A stretch of 45,709 bases of DNA from Acutalibacteraceae bacterium (GTDB taxonomy: Bacteria; Bacillota; Clostridia; Oscillospirales; Acutalibacteraceae), in contig JAZUOJ010000119.1 of NCBI GenBank assembly GCA_045604625.1, positions 1-45,709 on the forward strand, read 5' to 3'. The notes below the pieces were generated by a model. The model saw nothing but the letters and a program-made list of their open reading frames with translations, ran no database searches and was not told where the DNA came from. How positions within the stretch are numbered: the stretch's first letter is position 1; each line of letters opens with the position of its first letter. Below, piece after piece: positions 1 to 8,821 of the stretch. The position numbers were made by a program, and so were the translations under genes.

Positions 1-69
1 GGCAGAAGGACTCGAACCCTCGGCACGCGGTTTTGGAGACCGCTGCTCTACCAACTGAGCTATACCCCT
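1..69 (-). tRNA. tRNA-Trp (anticodon CCA), 3' end cut off by window edge
   Basis: Reverse complement reads AGGGGTA TA GCTC-AGTTGGTA-GAGC. The anticodon stem is GCGGT/ACCGC with loop CTCCAAA (anticodon CCA), and the T-arm is GAGGG-TTCGAGT-CCTTC. The AGGGG 5' end is typical of bacterial tRNA-Trp. The last acceptor bases and CCA lie outside the window. Confidence 0.9.
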
Positions 70-146
70 TGGTGGGCCATCAGGGACTCGAACCCCGGAC
101 CGACCGGTTATGAGCCGGTTGCTCTAACCAACTGAGCTAATGGCCC
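70..146 (-). tRNA. tRNA with CAT anticodon (elongator Met or lysidine-modified Ile2), CCA encoded
   Basis: Reverse complement is GGGCCAT TA GCTCAGTTGGTTAGAGC AACCGG-CTCATAA-CCGGT ... GGGGTTCGAGTCCC TG ATGGCCC A CCA. The cloverleaf is complete with a G1:C72 pair and no GGG/CCC anticodon stem, so it is not an initiator. Met versus Ile2 cannot be decided by eye. Confidence 0.85.
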
Positions 147-162
147 GATTAGCAACAAGAGT

Positions 163-190
163 ATTATATCACAAAAGTATTTTTTGTCAA
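163..190 (-). promoter_or_regulatory. sigmaA-type promoter for the tRNA pair
   Basis: On the minus strand: TTGACA (190-185), a 16-nt spacer, then extended -10 TGaTATAAT (171-163). This sits about 17 nt upstream of the tRNA 5' end at 146. Confidence 0.55.
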
Positions 191-213
191 TATTATTTTA
201 AAATATTTTTGCT

Positions 214-243
214 CTGTGGCGGGTTATTTTTAGCCCGCCACAG
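214..243 (-). terminator. hairpin downstream of mgtE (weak U-tract)
   Basis: 10-bp stem CTGTGGCGGG / CCCGCCACAG with a 10-nt loop, 12 nt after the mgtE stop. The minus-strand downstream sequence is A/T-rich but is not a clean T-run. Confidence 0.4.
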
Positions 244-255
244 TTTTATGCTTAT

Positions 256-1620
256 TTATATTCCGAGAACCGTAACCGCTATGCTGAAATATATCAAAAG
301 CGATAACGCGTCCACTATGGTTGTAATAAGCGGATTCGCCATTATGGCAGGATCAAGCCCTACCCTCTTTGCCAATATGGGCAGGCTGCAGCCTATTACC
401 TTAGCGATAAGCACGGTTGCTATAAGCGTAATGCTTATTACGGCTATTATTGCCAGGCTATATCCCCTACCGAGCAGCAGATTATCGACCAGCAGTATTT
501 TAACAAAATTAACAGCACCCAAGGCCACACCGCACAAAAGTGAAACCCGCAGTTCTTTCCAAACTATTTTGAAAATGTCTGAAAACTGAACGTCGCCCAA
601 CGAAAGAGAACGAATTATTGTAACCGACGCCTGACTTCCCGAATTACCCGCTGTACCCATTATCATAGGCATAAAGCAGGTCAGGGCTATACCGTATGTC
701 ACATTCTCTGCCAGTGTAGATTCAAAGCCGCCTATTATAAGTCCCGTAAACGTTGCCGATATCATAAGCAGCATAAGCCACGGAATTCTTACTAAAAACG
801 TGCTCCATATTCCGGTTTTAAGGTATGGTTTTTCGCTTGGCGTAATTGCCGCCATAAGCTCCATATCCTCGGTTGTTTCTTCCTGCAAGACGTCAATAGC
901 GTCATCAACCGTTACTATGCCTACAAGGCGATTTTCGGTATCTACTATCGGGATAGCCAAAAAGTCATATTTTTCAAACAGTGCAACAACGCTTTCTTTG
1001 TCATCCATCGTACCCGCACAGATAACATTAGTTTCCATTATTTCGGAAATAGTCTGTTCGGGACCGGCAAGTAAAAGCTCGCGCACCGTTACAATTCCTA
1101 TTAGTTTTCGGCGCGAATCGGTTACATAACAAATATAAATGGTTTCGGAATTGAGTCCTATAGTGCGTATGCGGGTAAAGGCATCGGCAACCGTCATATC
1201 CTTTTTAAGGTCGATATACTCGGTAGTCATTATGCTGCCGGCACTATCATCGGGGTATGCCAGCAATTTATTTATCATACTGCGTGTGGCAGCATCGGCC
1301 TGACGCAAAATTCGCTTTGCTACGTTTGCGGGCATTTCCTCGATTATGTCTACGGCGTCGTCCATAAACAGTTCTTCCATAACCTCGCGAAGCTCGCGGT
1401 CACTAAATGCGCCTATCAACTGCTCCTGCAAATCGGAATCCAGAAGGGCGAAAACCTCACTCGCCAACTCTTTGGGCATAATGCGAAACAGTTTAGGTCG
1501 TTCGTGTTCCTCGATTTCCTCGAACCAGACCGCGATATCCGCCGGATTTTGCTCAGCTAGTGCTTTCTTTAGCTGATTATATTTGCGTTCGGCAAACAGC
1601 GTTAAAATCTTTTCTTCCAC
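256..1620 (-). CDS. mgtE: magnesium transporter MgtE
   Basis: 454-aa ORF with the MgtE architecture: an N-terminal acidic helical domain, tandem CBS domains (..LAIPIVDTENRLVGIVTVDDAIDVL..) and a C-terminal 5-TM domain (..GNSGSQAS..). Confidence 0.9.
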   Translation of the reverse strand: MEEKILTLFAERKYNQLKKALAEQNPADIAVWFEEIEEHERPKLFRIMPKELASEVFALLDSDLQEQLIGAFSDRELREVMEELFMDDAVDIIEEMPANVAKRILRQADAATRSMINKLLAYPDDSAGSIMTTEYIDLKKDMTVADAFTRIRTIGLNSETIYICYVTDSRRKLIGIVTVRELLLAGPEQTISEIMETNVICAGTMDDKESVVALFEKYDFLAIPIVDTENRLVGIVTVDDAIDVLQEETTEDMELMAAITPSEKPYLKTGIWSTFLVRIPWLMLLMISATFTGLIIGGFESTLAENVTYGIALTCFMPMIMGTAGNSGSQASVTIIRSLSLGDVQFSDIFKIVWKELRVSLLCGVALGAVNFVKILLVDNLLLGRGYSLAIIAVISITLIATVLIAKVIGCSLPILAKRVGLDPAIMANPLITTIVDALSLLIYFSIAVTVLGI

Positions 1621-1640
1621 ATTATCACCCTTTTCTTTAA

Positions 1641-1680
1641 AATATAAAAAGCATTCCTTTTAAAAGGAAATGCTTTTCTA
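1641..1680 (-). terminator. rho-independent terminator after spoVAD
   Basis: Near-palindrome AAAAGCATTCCTTTT/AAAAGGAAATGCTTTT. On the minus strand it is followed by TTTTTATATT, and it lies about 20 nt after the spoVAD stop. Confidence 0.6.
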
Positions 1681-1698
1681 TTAAAAATTATATCATTT

Positions 1699-2718
1699 TT
1701 AGCTCTTTCCGTCAACACGCAGATTAACTGCGTGAGCAATCACAGGGATATTATTTCCCTGCTGGGTTGAGGTTGGTGAAAGAAGAGCACCGGTAGCGCA
1801 GAAGAGTATATTTTTAAACACACCCTTTTCGAGCCTTTTTAAAATATGCGAACAAAGCACGCTTGCACCACAGCCGCAACCCGAACCGCCCGAATGAGTA
1901 TCCTGTCGTTTACGGTCATATATCATAAGGCCGCAGTCCTTGTGTTTAGTCTTAAGGTCTACCCCGTCACGGCTCATTAGTTCATACAAAAGCTCGCTTC
2001 CCACCAGTCCCAGGTCGCCCGTGAAAATCGCATCGTAATCCTGCGGTTTTGTATTCGTATCGGTAAGATAAGCCAATATTGTATCATATGCGGCAGGTGC
2101 CATAGCCGCACCCATATTGTTGGCATCCTTTACCCCTAAATCGCACACAAGGCCGATGGTTGCCGAATGAACATACGGACGTTTTTCGCCCTGCCCGAGC
2201 ACAACGCTGCCGCTGCCGGTAACCGTCCACTGCGCTGTGGGAGGTCTTTGCGCGCCGTACTCTAACGGAAAACGATACTGTCTTTCTGCCGAGCAAAAGT
2301 GCGAGGAAGTAACCGCAACCGCATGCGTAGCCGCACCGCTATCCACGTAGGTTGCCGCATTCAAAAGACTGAGTGCCATTGTAGAGCAGGCACCGTAAAG
2401 TCCCACAAACGGTATGCACAGGTCCATTATTCCAAAGCTGCTTCCAATACACTGGTTGAGAAGGTCGCCCGCAAAAATACAGTCAATATTTTCAGGGTTT
2501 AGCTTTGCCTTTTTTAGGGCTGCTAATACGGCCATACGTTGTAGCTCGCTTTCGGCTTTTTCAAAGCTTTTAAGTCCCATTGAGGCGTCTTCGTATATAT
2601 TATCAAATTCGGCCGAAAGAGGCCCCTGCCCCTCTTTACTGCCGACAACGGCGGCATAGCCTAAAACACGCGGTTTATTTTCAAAAATTATCGTACGTTT
2701 TCCGAGTCTTGACGGCAT
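1699..2718 (-). CDS. spoVAD: stage V sporulation protein AD (SpoVAD, thiolase-like DPA-channel subunit)
   Basis: The ORF matches the SpoVAD pattern (GK.T..F.N.P.I...A.VGG.KE..GPL...FD, thiolase-like fold). The track start at 2724 is a GTG only 2 nt from AGGAG. The ATG at 2718 has 8-nt spacing, so it is preferred. Confidence 0.85.
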   Translation of the reverse strand: MPSRLGKRTIIFENKPRVLGYAAVVGSKEGQGPLSAEFDNIYEDASMGLKSFEKAESELQRMAVLAALKKAKLNPENIDCIFAGDLLNQCIGSSFGIMDLCIPFVGLYGACSTMALSLLNAATYVDSGAATHAVAVTSSHFCSAERQYRFPLEYGAQRPPTAQWTVTGSGSVVLGQGEKRPYVHSATIGLVCDLGVKDANNMGAAMAPAAYDTILAYLTDTNTKPQDYDAIFTGDLGLVGSELLYELMSRDGVDLKTKHKDCGLMIYDRKRQDTHSGGSGCGCGASVLCSHILKRLEKGVFKNILFCATGALLSPTSTQQGNNIPVIAHAVNLRVDGKS

Positions 2719-2781
2719 AAACACATCTCCTAATTGCTTTCTGTTATTGTTTGCCTTATTGTGATTTTTATCCGCAAATCG

Positions 2782-2810
2782 TTGACCGAAAAACTGCGCT
2801 GTGTTAAAAT
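2782..2810 (+). promoter_or_regulatory. sigmaA-type promoter upstream of the FliB-like gene
   Basis: TTGACC (2782-2787), a 17-nt spacer, then TGtTAAAAT (2802-2810). The RBS GGAGGTGG follows before the ATG at 2832. Confidence 0.5.
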
Positions 2811-2831
2811 AGTTCTAACGGAGGTGGATAT

Positions 2832-3755
2832 ATGCAGTATGTTGTTCCCGATTATTATGATGAGTTTTCCTGCATTAAGGGAAAATGTAAGCACAACTGC
2901 TGTATTGGATGGGAAATTGACATCGACAGCGACACCGCCGAGCTTTACAAATCGGTAAAGGGCTGCTTTGGAAAGCGCCTTTACGAATCGGTTTCAAACG
3001 ATGACGTACCGCATTTTATACTTGGAAAAGATGAACGCTGTCCGTTTCTGAACAGCGAAAATTTGTGTGATATAATTTTGCAATTAGGCGACGAATTTCT
3101 TTGCGATATTTGTGCCGAGCATCCGCGCTTTACTAACGAATTCGAGGACCGAATCGAAAAAGGACTCGGTCTTTGCTGTGAAGCTGCGGCGAGACTTATT
3201 TTAAGCCGCGAAAAACCCGTAGCACTGTTAGGAGATACCGACACAGACGACAAAATAATATTACTGCGCGATAAAATAATATCTGTTTTGCAGCAGCGAG
3301 AAAAAAGTATCTTCAAAAGACTTGGTGAAGCACTTTCACTCTGCGGAAAGACCGAAACCGAATTTGATATAGAAAAGTGGGCAGAAAAACTGCTTTCGCT
3401 TGAACGGTTGGATGACGAATGGACCGATAGATTAAATCTACTGAAAAACGGTATCAAAGCCGCAAATTTCGCAGATTTTGACCTATATATGAGTTCAAGA
3501 CAGACAGAATACGAACAGCTTGCAGTTTATCTTGTTTATCGGCATTTCGCCAACGCAGATAAAAAGGACGCAGCTACGACACGACTGCGCTTTGCGGAAT
3601 TTGCCGTTATGCTTATAAGGGCAATTGGTGCGGTTGCGTGGACAGAAAACGGGAAATTCGGCACAGATGACTATATAGAAACAGCCCGTATGTTCTCATC
3701 CGAAATAGAGTATTCGGATGAGAATCTGGGTTTAATTTTAGAATGGTTAAAATAG
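2832..3755 (+). CDS. FliB-family (flagellin lysine-N-methylase-like) Cys-rich protein
   Basis: The N-terminus P.YY..F.C....C...CC.GW.I.ID..T...Y and the downstream CPFL....LC motif are the signature of the FliB family. No flagellar genes are nearby. Confidence 0.6.
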   Translation: MQYVVPDYYDEFSCIKGKCKHNCCIGWEIDIDSDTAELYKSVKGCFGKRLYESVSNDDVPHFILGKDERCPFLNSENLCDIILQLGDEFLCDICAEHPRFTNEFEDRIEKGLGLCCEAAARLILSREKPVALLGDTDTDDKIILLRDKIISVLQQREKSIFKRLGEALSLCGKTETEFDIEKWAEKLLSLERLDDEWTDRLNLLKNGIKAANFADFDLYMSSRQTEYEQLAVYLVYRHFANADKKDAATTRLRFAEFAVMLIRAIGAVAWTENGKFGTDDYIETARMFSSEIEYSDENLGLILEWLK

Positions 3756-3761
3756 TAAAAT

Positions 3762-3793
3762 AAAAGCAGCCACCCGAAGGTGGCTGTTTTTTT
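3762..3793. terminator. bidirectional rho-independent terminator
   Basis: AAAA-CAGCCACC-cgaa-GGTGGCTG-TTTTTTT, placed between convergent genes. Confidence 0.8.
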
Positions 3794-3794
3794 A

Positions 3795-4991
3795 TTAGTT
3801 TGTATAGTTATCAAAATATCCCTGAACGAGGACAACGGGGGTACCCTTGTCGCCCGAACCGCTTGTAAGGTCACAAAGCGAACCGATAAGGTCGGTAAGC
3901 TGACGCGGGGTTGTTCCCTGAGATGCCATATTGCCTACCAGGTTGTCCTGCTTTGATTTGATGCTTTCGGAAATAGCCTTTTTAAGTTCCTCACCAGAAA
4001 GGTCTCTATAATCGTTATCGGCGAGATACTTAAGCTTGATTTCATTAGGTGTACCGATAAGTCCGTCGGTGTATGCGGGAGAAACTACCGGGTCGGCAAG
4101 CTCCCAAATTTTACCCTGAGGATCCTTAAATGCACCGTCACCGTAAACCATAACTTCAACGTGTTTGCCGGTTGCCTTAATAACCTTATCCTGGATATCA
4201 AGAACCAACTGCCTGCAATCACGCGGGAAAAGCTTTATTGTTTCCTCTGTGGCCTTGTTTGAGCCAAGAAGACCATAATTCTTGTTATATCCGCTGCCGT
4301 TTATGGAGTCGGTCATAATATCGTCAAGTCCGCAAACAACCTTTGCGCCCGCAGCCTTTAAAATGCGCTTTGTACGCGCTCTTGTATGAATATCACAGGT
4401 AAGAACGCAGTCGGTATATTCGAGTATTGTTTTGGGCTGGTTTGCAAAAATAATTTCAACCTCAGCGCCCATCTCACGTACCAGGTCACCGTAATATGCT
4501 ACGTAATCAACACCGGTAAACTCGTGCTTGTTTTCTCCAAACAGTTCGCGATACTTTTCGAGAGTGAGAACGTCACTGTAGGGATTGATTCCCGCTTCGT
4601 CCAGCTTATCAAGACTTACAAGGCAGTTACCAACCTCGTCAGACGGATAGGTAAGCATAAGAACTATTTTCTTTGCGCCCTTTGCAATACCCTTCAAACA
4701 GATAGAAAAGCGGTTACGGGAAAGAATGGGCATAATAACGCCAATAGTTTCGCCGCCAAGCTTATTTTTTACGTCTTCGGCAATGTTATCAATCGAAACG
4801 TAGTTTCCCTGTGCACGTGCGGCGATAGACTCTGTCAGTGCGATAACGTCGCGGTCGCGAAGCGAAAATCCTTCGCACTCTGCAGCCTCAAGCACGCTGT
4901 CTGCAACGATAGCAGCCAGATCATCACCCTGACGTATAATCGGGCAACGAATGCCTCTCGACACGGTGCCGACTCTTCTGTTGTTTTCCAT
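3795..4991 (-). CDS. CofE-like (F420-0:gamma-glutamyl ligase domain) family protein
   Basis: 398-aa ORF. The N-terminal segment (..GIRCPIIRQGDDLAAIVADSVLEA..RDRDVIALTESIAARAQGNY..) looks like the F420_ligase/CofE fold. The function is unknown in organisms that lack F420. Confidence 0.6.
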   Translation of the reverse strand: MENNRRVGTVSRGIRCPIIRQGDDLAAIVADSVLEAAECEGFSLRDRDVIALTESIAARAQGNYVSIDNIAEDVKNKLGGETIGVIMPILSRNRFSICLKGIAKGAKKIVLMLTYPSDEVGNCLVSLDKLDEAGINPYSDVLTLEKYRELFGENKHEFTGVDYVAYYGDLVREMGAEVEIIFANQPKTILEYTDCVLTCDIHTRARTKRILKAAGAKVVCGLDDIMTDSINGSGYNKNYGLLGSNKATEETIKLFPRDCRQLVLDIQDKVIKATGKHVEVMVYGDGAFKDPQGKIWELADPVVSPAYTDGLIGTPNEIKLKYLADNDYRDLSGEELKKAISESIKSKQDNLVGNMASQGTTPRQLTDLIGSLCDLTSGSGDKGTPVVLVQGYFDNYTN

Positions 4992-5055
4992 AGTGATTCC
5001 CCACTTTTTAATAAAATAAAGGTGTTATCTTTTAAACAACATCTATAACAGAGAT

Positions 5056-5084
5056 ATTTTATACTATTTTGCACCTAATATCAA
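5056..5084 (-). promoter_or_regulatory. sigmaA-type promoter for the CofE-like gene
   Basis: On the minus strand: TTGATA (5084-5079), a 17-nt spacer, TAAAAT (5061-5056). An A/T-rich UP-like tract lies upstream. Confidence 0.4.
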
Positions 5085-5125
5085 TATTTTTTTCAAAATT
5101 TTTTTAATTTATACAAAATATTTGA

Positions 5126-5158
5126 CAAAAAACACCATCCGTTTGGATGGTGTTTTTT
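5126..5158 (-). terminator. rho-independent terminator after the 704-aa gene
   Basis: Stem ACACCATCC / GGATGGTGT with loop gttt, flanked by A- and T-runs. It starts 2 nt after the stop at 5160. Confidence 0.8.
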
Positions 5159-5159
5159 A

Positions 5160-7274
5160 TTATCGGGGCAGGAAAAACGTGCAGTCGCCCGAAAAGTTTT
5201 CCGCTTTATAATACACGCCGTATTTTTCATCCTCTACCCTTTTGAAGCAATCGGTAAATATCGGGGTAATATCGAAGCTGTTCTTTTGCGAATCTACCAT
5301 AATGGTCTTATCGCCGCGATTTTCCGGGAACACGTATACATCAGCGTTTTCAAGTCCGCCTATTGCCAGTTTTCTGTGATAAGCAAGGCTGACCGGCGCA
5401 ATGTCGCGCAGATACACAACGCCACTTTTTTGTTTTACAAAAACCCTACACTCGCTGTGCTCGCTTTTGCCGAAATAGTACGATGAAAAACCGTCCTTAA
5501 TTTCGGTTTCGGTGTTGGTGAGTATCGGTGCGCCAAGCGGGAATTTAAGCAACGTTTCGGTTGTGAGATTCGGGTTATACACCGAGAAATTAAGACCATT
5601 ATCACAAGCCGATACGGTTATACACGGATTTTTGGAATCGGCAACCTTGCGGTTATATCTTATGGAAAGGTCAAAGGCTTCCAGTTTTTCTCTGATAGCC
5701 GACGGTGCGTCGTCGGTGCTTACAAAGTTGGGAGCATCAGCCAAACAGCCGGCATTTTCCTTCATTCCGTAGTATACAACGGCTCCGCCGGAAAGCTCAA
5801 AAGCTTTTAGCTTTTCCTTAATTTCCTCGCTTTGCGGAATGGGTGAAATAAGTATGCTGTTCTTAAACAGACCGGCATCAACCTTTAGGAAATTATCGGT
5901 AGAAATTACACAGTTAAGCGGGAAACCGTCGTTTATTGCATCGGTTATATAGTTGTCGCCATAATACATTTCGGCGAGTGTTGCCTCGTCATACGACGTG
6001 GTGAACTCACGCATCGGATAAACCCAAACAAGCGGAGCCGGTGCGTCGGACGCATCCTTTTCGGCTTTTAGGATATGCGGCAACGGCTCGTTCACACAGC
6101 AGTCGGGCATATCGCCGAAGGAATTATCTATAGACAGAATATTAAGCGACTCGGCGTTGCGGATATTACCGTTTTCATCAATTCTGGATATAGCCATAGG
6201 CAGATAAATATCGTGCGGTTTTCCATCATAACGGTCATACCACGGCGTTGTTACCCACCAAGGATCGTGAAGGTAATAGCGGAACATAAAGCCGTCTTCG
6301 GGCAGCTCGCAAATTCGTGTCATGTGTCCCATTATTTCGAGACCGAAGTTATCGTTTATCGCAGCCCAGGGTGAGTTAGGCGGTGTTTTTATATTAAAAC
6401 CTGCGTTATAGATATCGTGCAGGGGCACACCGTCGGTAGAGTAGTCTATACCGACCGAGTTGTTTGTGCCGCGGGTTGCAAGCGGGTAATCGGGGCAGGC
6501 CTCTCTAAAGAGGCGCCAGAATTCAAACACCTGCTTACGGGTTCTTGCGAGTTTTTCCGCATAAAATTTTTCACCGTCAAAAACCTTTCCCGTGCTGCTC
6601 CACGGGTTTGCGCTGAATCCAAGTCCGTTTGAAAGCCAAAGATAATCAAAGCCCATATCCTTTAAGAAGATATTTGCCTGTTTGCCAAGGAATGTGGCAA
6701 GCGGTGTTCCCTCGGGAATACCGTTTGGATATGCGGCATAAGCGCGGTCATCGGCGTGAAGCAGTGCCGTAGCATCGACAAAGCCGAGTCCGTCCAGCTT
6801 TTCACCCGACGTGATTTCGCGGTGACGGGTATACTTAAAATGGGATATAGAAAACTCGGGTCCTATGTCAAAGGTTTCGCCCACCGTTATTTTGCAATCT
6901 GGATAACGGCTTTTTCCAACCTCTTTGATGGTGGAAACAATCTTTTTTAGTATTCCGTACGTCATAACAGGCGGGTTTTCCATATAAAGACGCTTCTTCT
7001 CGTGCAGAGAAATGTCAACGCCGTCCTCTTCACGCGCAAGCTCCTTATTTGCGTTGCCGACAAAGTAGCACCACTCAAAGGCTTCGTCCGGATTTCCCGA
7101 ATAATCAAGAATCTCGCTTCCGTCTGCAGTCCACAGCATAACCGAAATTTCTTCGCGGTTTTTAATCAATGCGTGCCAATCGGTAAACGCCTTTTCCACA
7201 ACGCTTTTTATATAAGCGTCATCGGTAGATTTAAACGGTTTTAAACTCATTTCAAGCGTTACGGTTTTAAACAT
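5160..7274 (-). CDS. uncharacterised 704-aa cytoplasmic protein, possible glycoside hydrolase
   Basis: Long uninterrupted ORF with no signal peptide or TM segments. It lies 8 nt downstream of the isomerase-family gene. I cannot assign a family from memory, and the glycosidase call rests on context only. Confidence 0.35.
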   Translation of the reverse strand: MFKTVTLEMSLKPFKSTDDAYIKSVVEKAFTDWHALIKNREEISVMLWTADGSEILDYSGNPDEAFEWCYFVGNANKELAREEDGVDISLHEKKRLYMENPPVMTYGILKKIVSTIKEVGKSRYPDCKITVGETFDIGPEFSISHFKYTRHREITSGEKLDGLGFVDATALLHADDRAYAAYPNGIPEGTPLATFLGKQANIFLKDMGFDYLWLSNGLGFSANPWSSTGKVFDGEKFYAEKLARTRKQVFEFWRLFREACPDYPLATRGTNNSVGIDYSTDGVPLHDIYNAGFNIKTPPNSPWAAINDNFGLEIMGHMTRICELPEDGFMFRYYLHDPWWVTTPWYDRYDGKPHDIYLPMAISRIDENGNIRNAESLNILSIDNSFGDMPDCCVNEPLPHILKAEKDASDAPAPLVWVYPMREFTTSYDEATLAEMYYGDNYITDAINDGFPLNCVISTDNFLKVDAGLFKNSILISPIPQSEEIKEKLKAFELSGGAVVYYGMKENAGCLADAPNFVSTDDAPSAIREKLEAFDLSIRYNRKVADSKNPCITVSACDNGLNFSVYNPNLTTETLLKFPLGAPILTNTETEIKDGFSSYYFGKSEHSECRVFVKQKSGVVYLRDIAPVSLAYHRKLAIGGLENADVYVFPENRGDKTIMVDSQKNSFDITPIFTDCFKRVEDEKYGVYYKAENFSGDCTFFLPR

Positions 7275-7282
7275 AAAATCAC

Positions 7283-8728
7283 CTATTTTACAATTACACT
7301 TTCAATTCCTAAAACGTCTGCTATCTTCTTTATGGTTCCTGCGTGGTGGCCTATACCAAGTGCATAATGGTGTGTCGGGCCTTCCATTACCCACTTTTTG
7401 ATAAATTCTTTGGTAGTGGGCTCAAAGAAGCCGCGAGTATTGGTGTTGCCGGTAGGCGGAATGGGGCCTTTTTTAGAGTATCCCTCGCCTATTACAAACT
7501 TGAACTTTCCGTTTGCGGTCTGGGTTATACCAAGCATTGTGATGGGGCCCTCTTTAATTTTAAACTCAACCGAAGCGCCGCTTCCGGGTTTGCCGTGGAA
7601 CTTGGTAAGACTGCGCAAGATCGGTTTTCCGTCGGCTATGGCGATATGGTGAGGTCCATCGTGACCTACAAGTATAAAGTCTTCACTGAAGTCGAACGGG
7701 TGGAATTCTGCAAAGCTGCCGCCTATGTTGAGTCGGTCCATTATAAGCATTGCAAGGCAGGTCTTAATATCGAACTCGCCGCACATAGGTGTGCCCTGCG
7801 CATTTAGTATTGAGTTACCGACAATAAAGGAGGTTGCAACCTCGCGCTGTATTGAGCCCTCGGTTCCCTCGTAGTAATAAGCAAGTCCGGTAAGGTCATA
7901 TTTTTCTACCGTACGGTCAAGTGCTGCGGCGCCCTTTGCTGCTCTTTCAAGGTCGGCGTCGGTAAGCTTTCTGGTAACGGGGTCCGACTTAGGATCGGGG
8001 GTTTCAAACTCGGCTAAGATAATCTTTTTCTTTGCCTCAATCTCTTCGGGTGTAACAGCCTCGTACTCACGGACAATGTCGTCAATTTCCATAAGCGGAA
8101 CGTGAACGCCAAAGCTTGAAGAAATGGCGGTGGGATCGGCGTGCATATCGTACATAGCCTCAAGCACGTGACCAAGCAGACCGATTCTTGCGCCCTTCAG
8201 GTCGTGAAGCACCTTTGCGATTTCACACCACTCGGCAAGTTCGCCCTTTGCCTGCTCATCATCATAAAGTGTACCGATTATAACATCGTTCACGGGTTTA
8301 CCGTAGCGTATGGCAACGCCTGTAAACTCGGGCACCGAGCAGATATTATCGTTCTCAAGCTGCATAAAGGTAGACGCCTTGCTGTAATCAAGACCTTTGC
8401 GCGGCTGAAGCGCTAAAAGAATCATAGGTGCGTTTGTGTTCTGCAGTATCGGCGCGAACACAGATGACGTAGCGTATGTAATCATATTGCAGATAATAAG
8501 GTCGGCCTTTTGAGCGTTTATGGCGTCTGCCACCTCGAAAGCCTTGGTGTTTGAGCCGACAAAGCCGTAATCACATACCTCTACCCCATTGCTCTCTACA
8601 AGTTTAACGGTGTCGTTATGGTATCCTAAAAGTGATTCATAAAGTCCCTCAAACTGGCTGAAATAAACCTCGTGTATTACCGAAAAGAATGCCACCTTTG
8701 CGGTGCGCGGTTTTCTACGTTCGATCAT
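7283..8728 (-). CDS. L-arabinose/L-fucose isomerase family protein
   Basis: 481-aa ORF whose layout resembles AraA/FucI-type sugar isomerases: an N-terminal flavodoxin-like part (..ADLIICNMITYATSS..) and a C-terminal part (..GSFAEFHPFDFSEDFILVGHDGPHH..). Confidence 0.7.
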   Translation of the reverse strand: MIERRKPRTAKVAFFSVIHEVYFSQFEGLYESLLGYHNDTVKLVESNGVEVCDYGFVGSNTKAFEVADAINAQKADLIICNMITYATSSVFAPILQNTNAPMILLALQPRKGLDYSKASTFMQLENDNICSVPEFTGVAIRYGKPVNDVIIGTLYDDEQAKGELAEWCEIAKVLHDLKGARIGLLGHVLEAMYDMHADPTAISSSFGVHVPLMEIDDIVREYEAVTPEEIEAKKKIILAEFETPDPKSDPVTRKLTDADLERAAKGAAALDRTVEKYDLTGLAYYYEGTEGSIQREVATSFIVGNSILNAQGTPMCGEFDIKTCLAMLIMDRLNIGGSFAEFHPFDFSEDFILVGHDGPHHIAIADGKPILRSLTKFHGKPGSGASVEFKIKEGPITMLGITQTANGKFKFVIGEGYSKKGPIPPTGNTNTRGFFEPTTKEFIKKWVMEGPTHHYALGIGHHAGTIKKIADVLGIESVIVK

Positions 8729-8821
8729 AATTTACACTCCTTTTGATTTTTAACTTGATTTTAAAGCATAAACTAAATATAATCAAGGTATAAAATAAAG
8801 ACATTTTAGCACAAAATAAAG

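Noticed and set aside
140-589. 149-aa plus-strand ORF
   Set aside because: It starts inside the tRNA gene and runs antisense through the mgtE 3' end, so it is incompatible with both well-supported features.
1621-1698. Possible M-box (Mg2+) riboswitch upstream of mgtE
   Set aside because: Only 78 nt separate mgtE from spoVAD, and most of that is the spoVAD terminator hairpin. That leaves too little room for an M-box aptamer, which needs well over 100 nt.
4386-5048. 220-aa plus-strand ORF overlapping the CofE-like gene and its promoter
   Set aside because: It is an antisense shadow ORF. The minus-strand gene has a recognisable domain, an RBS and a promoter.
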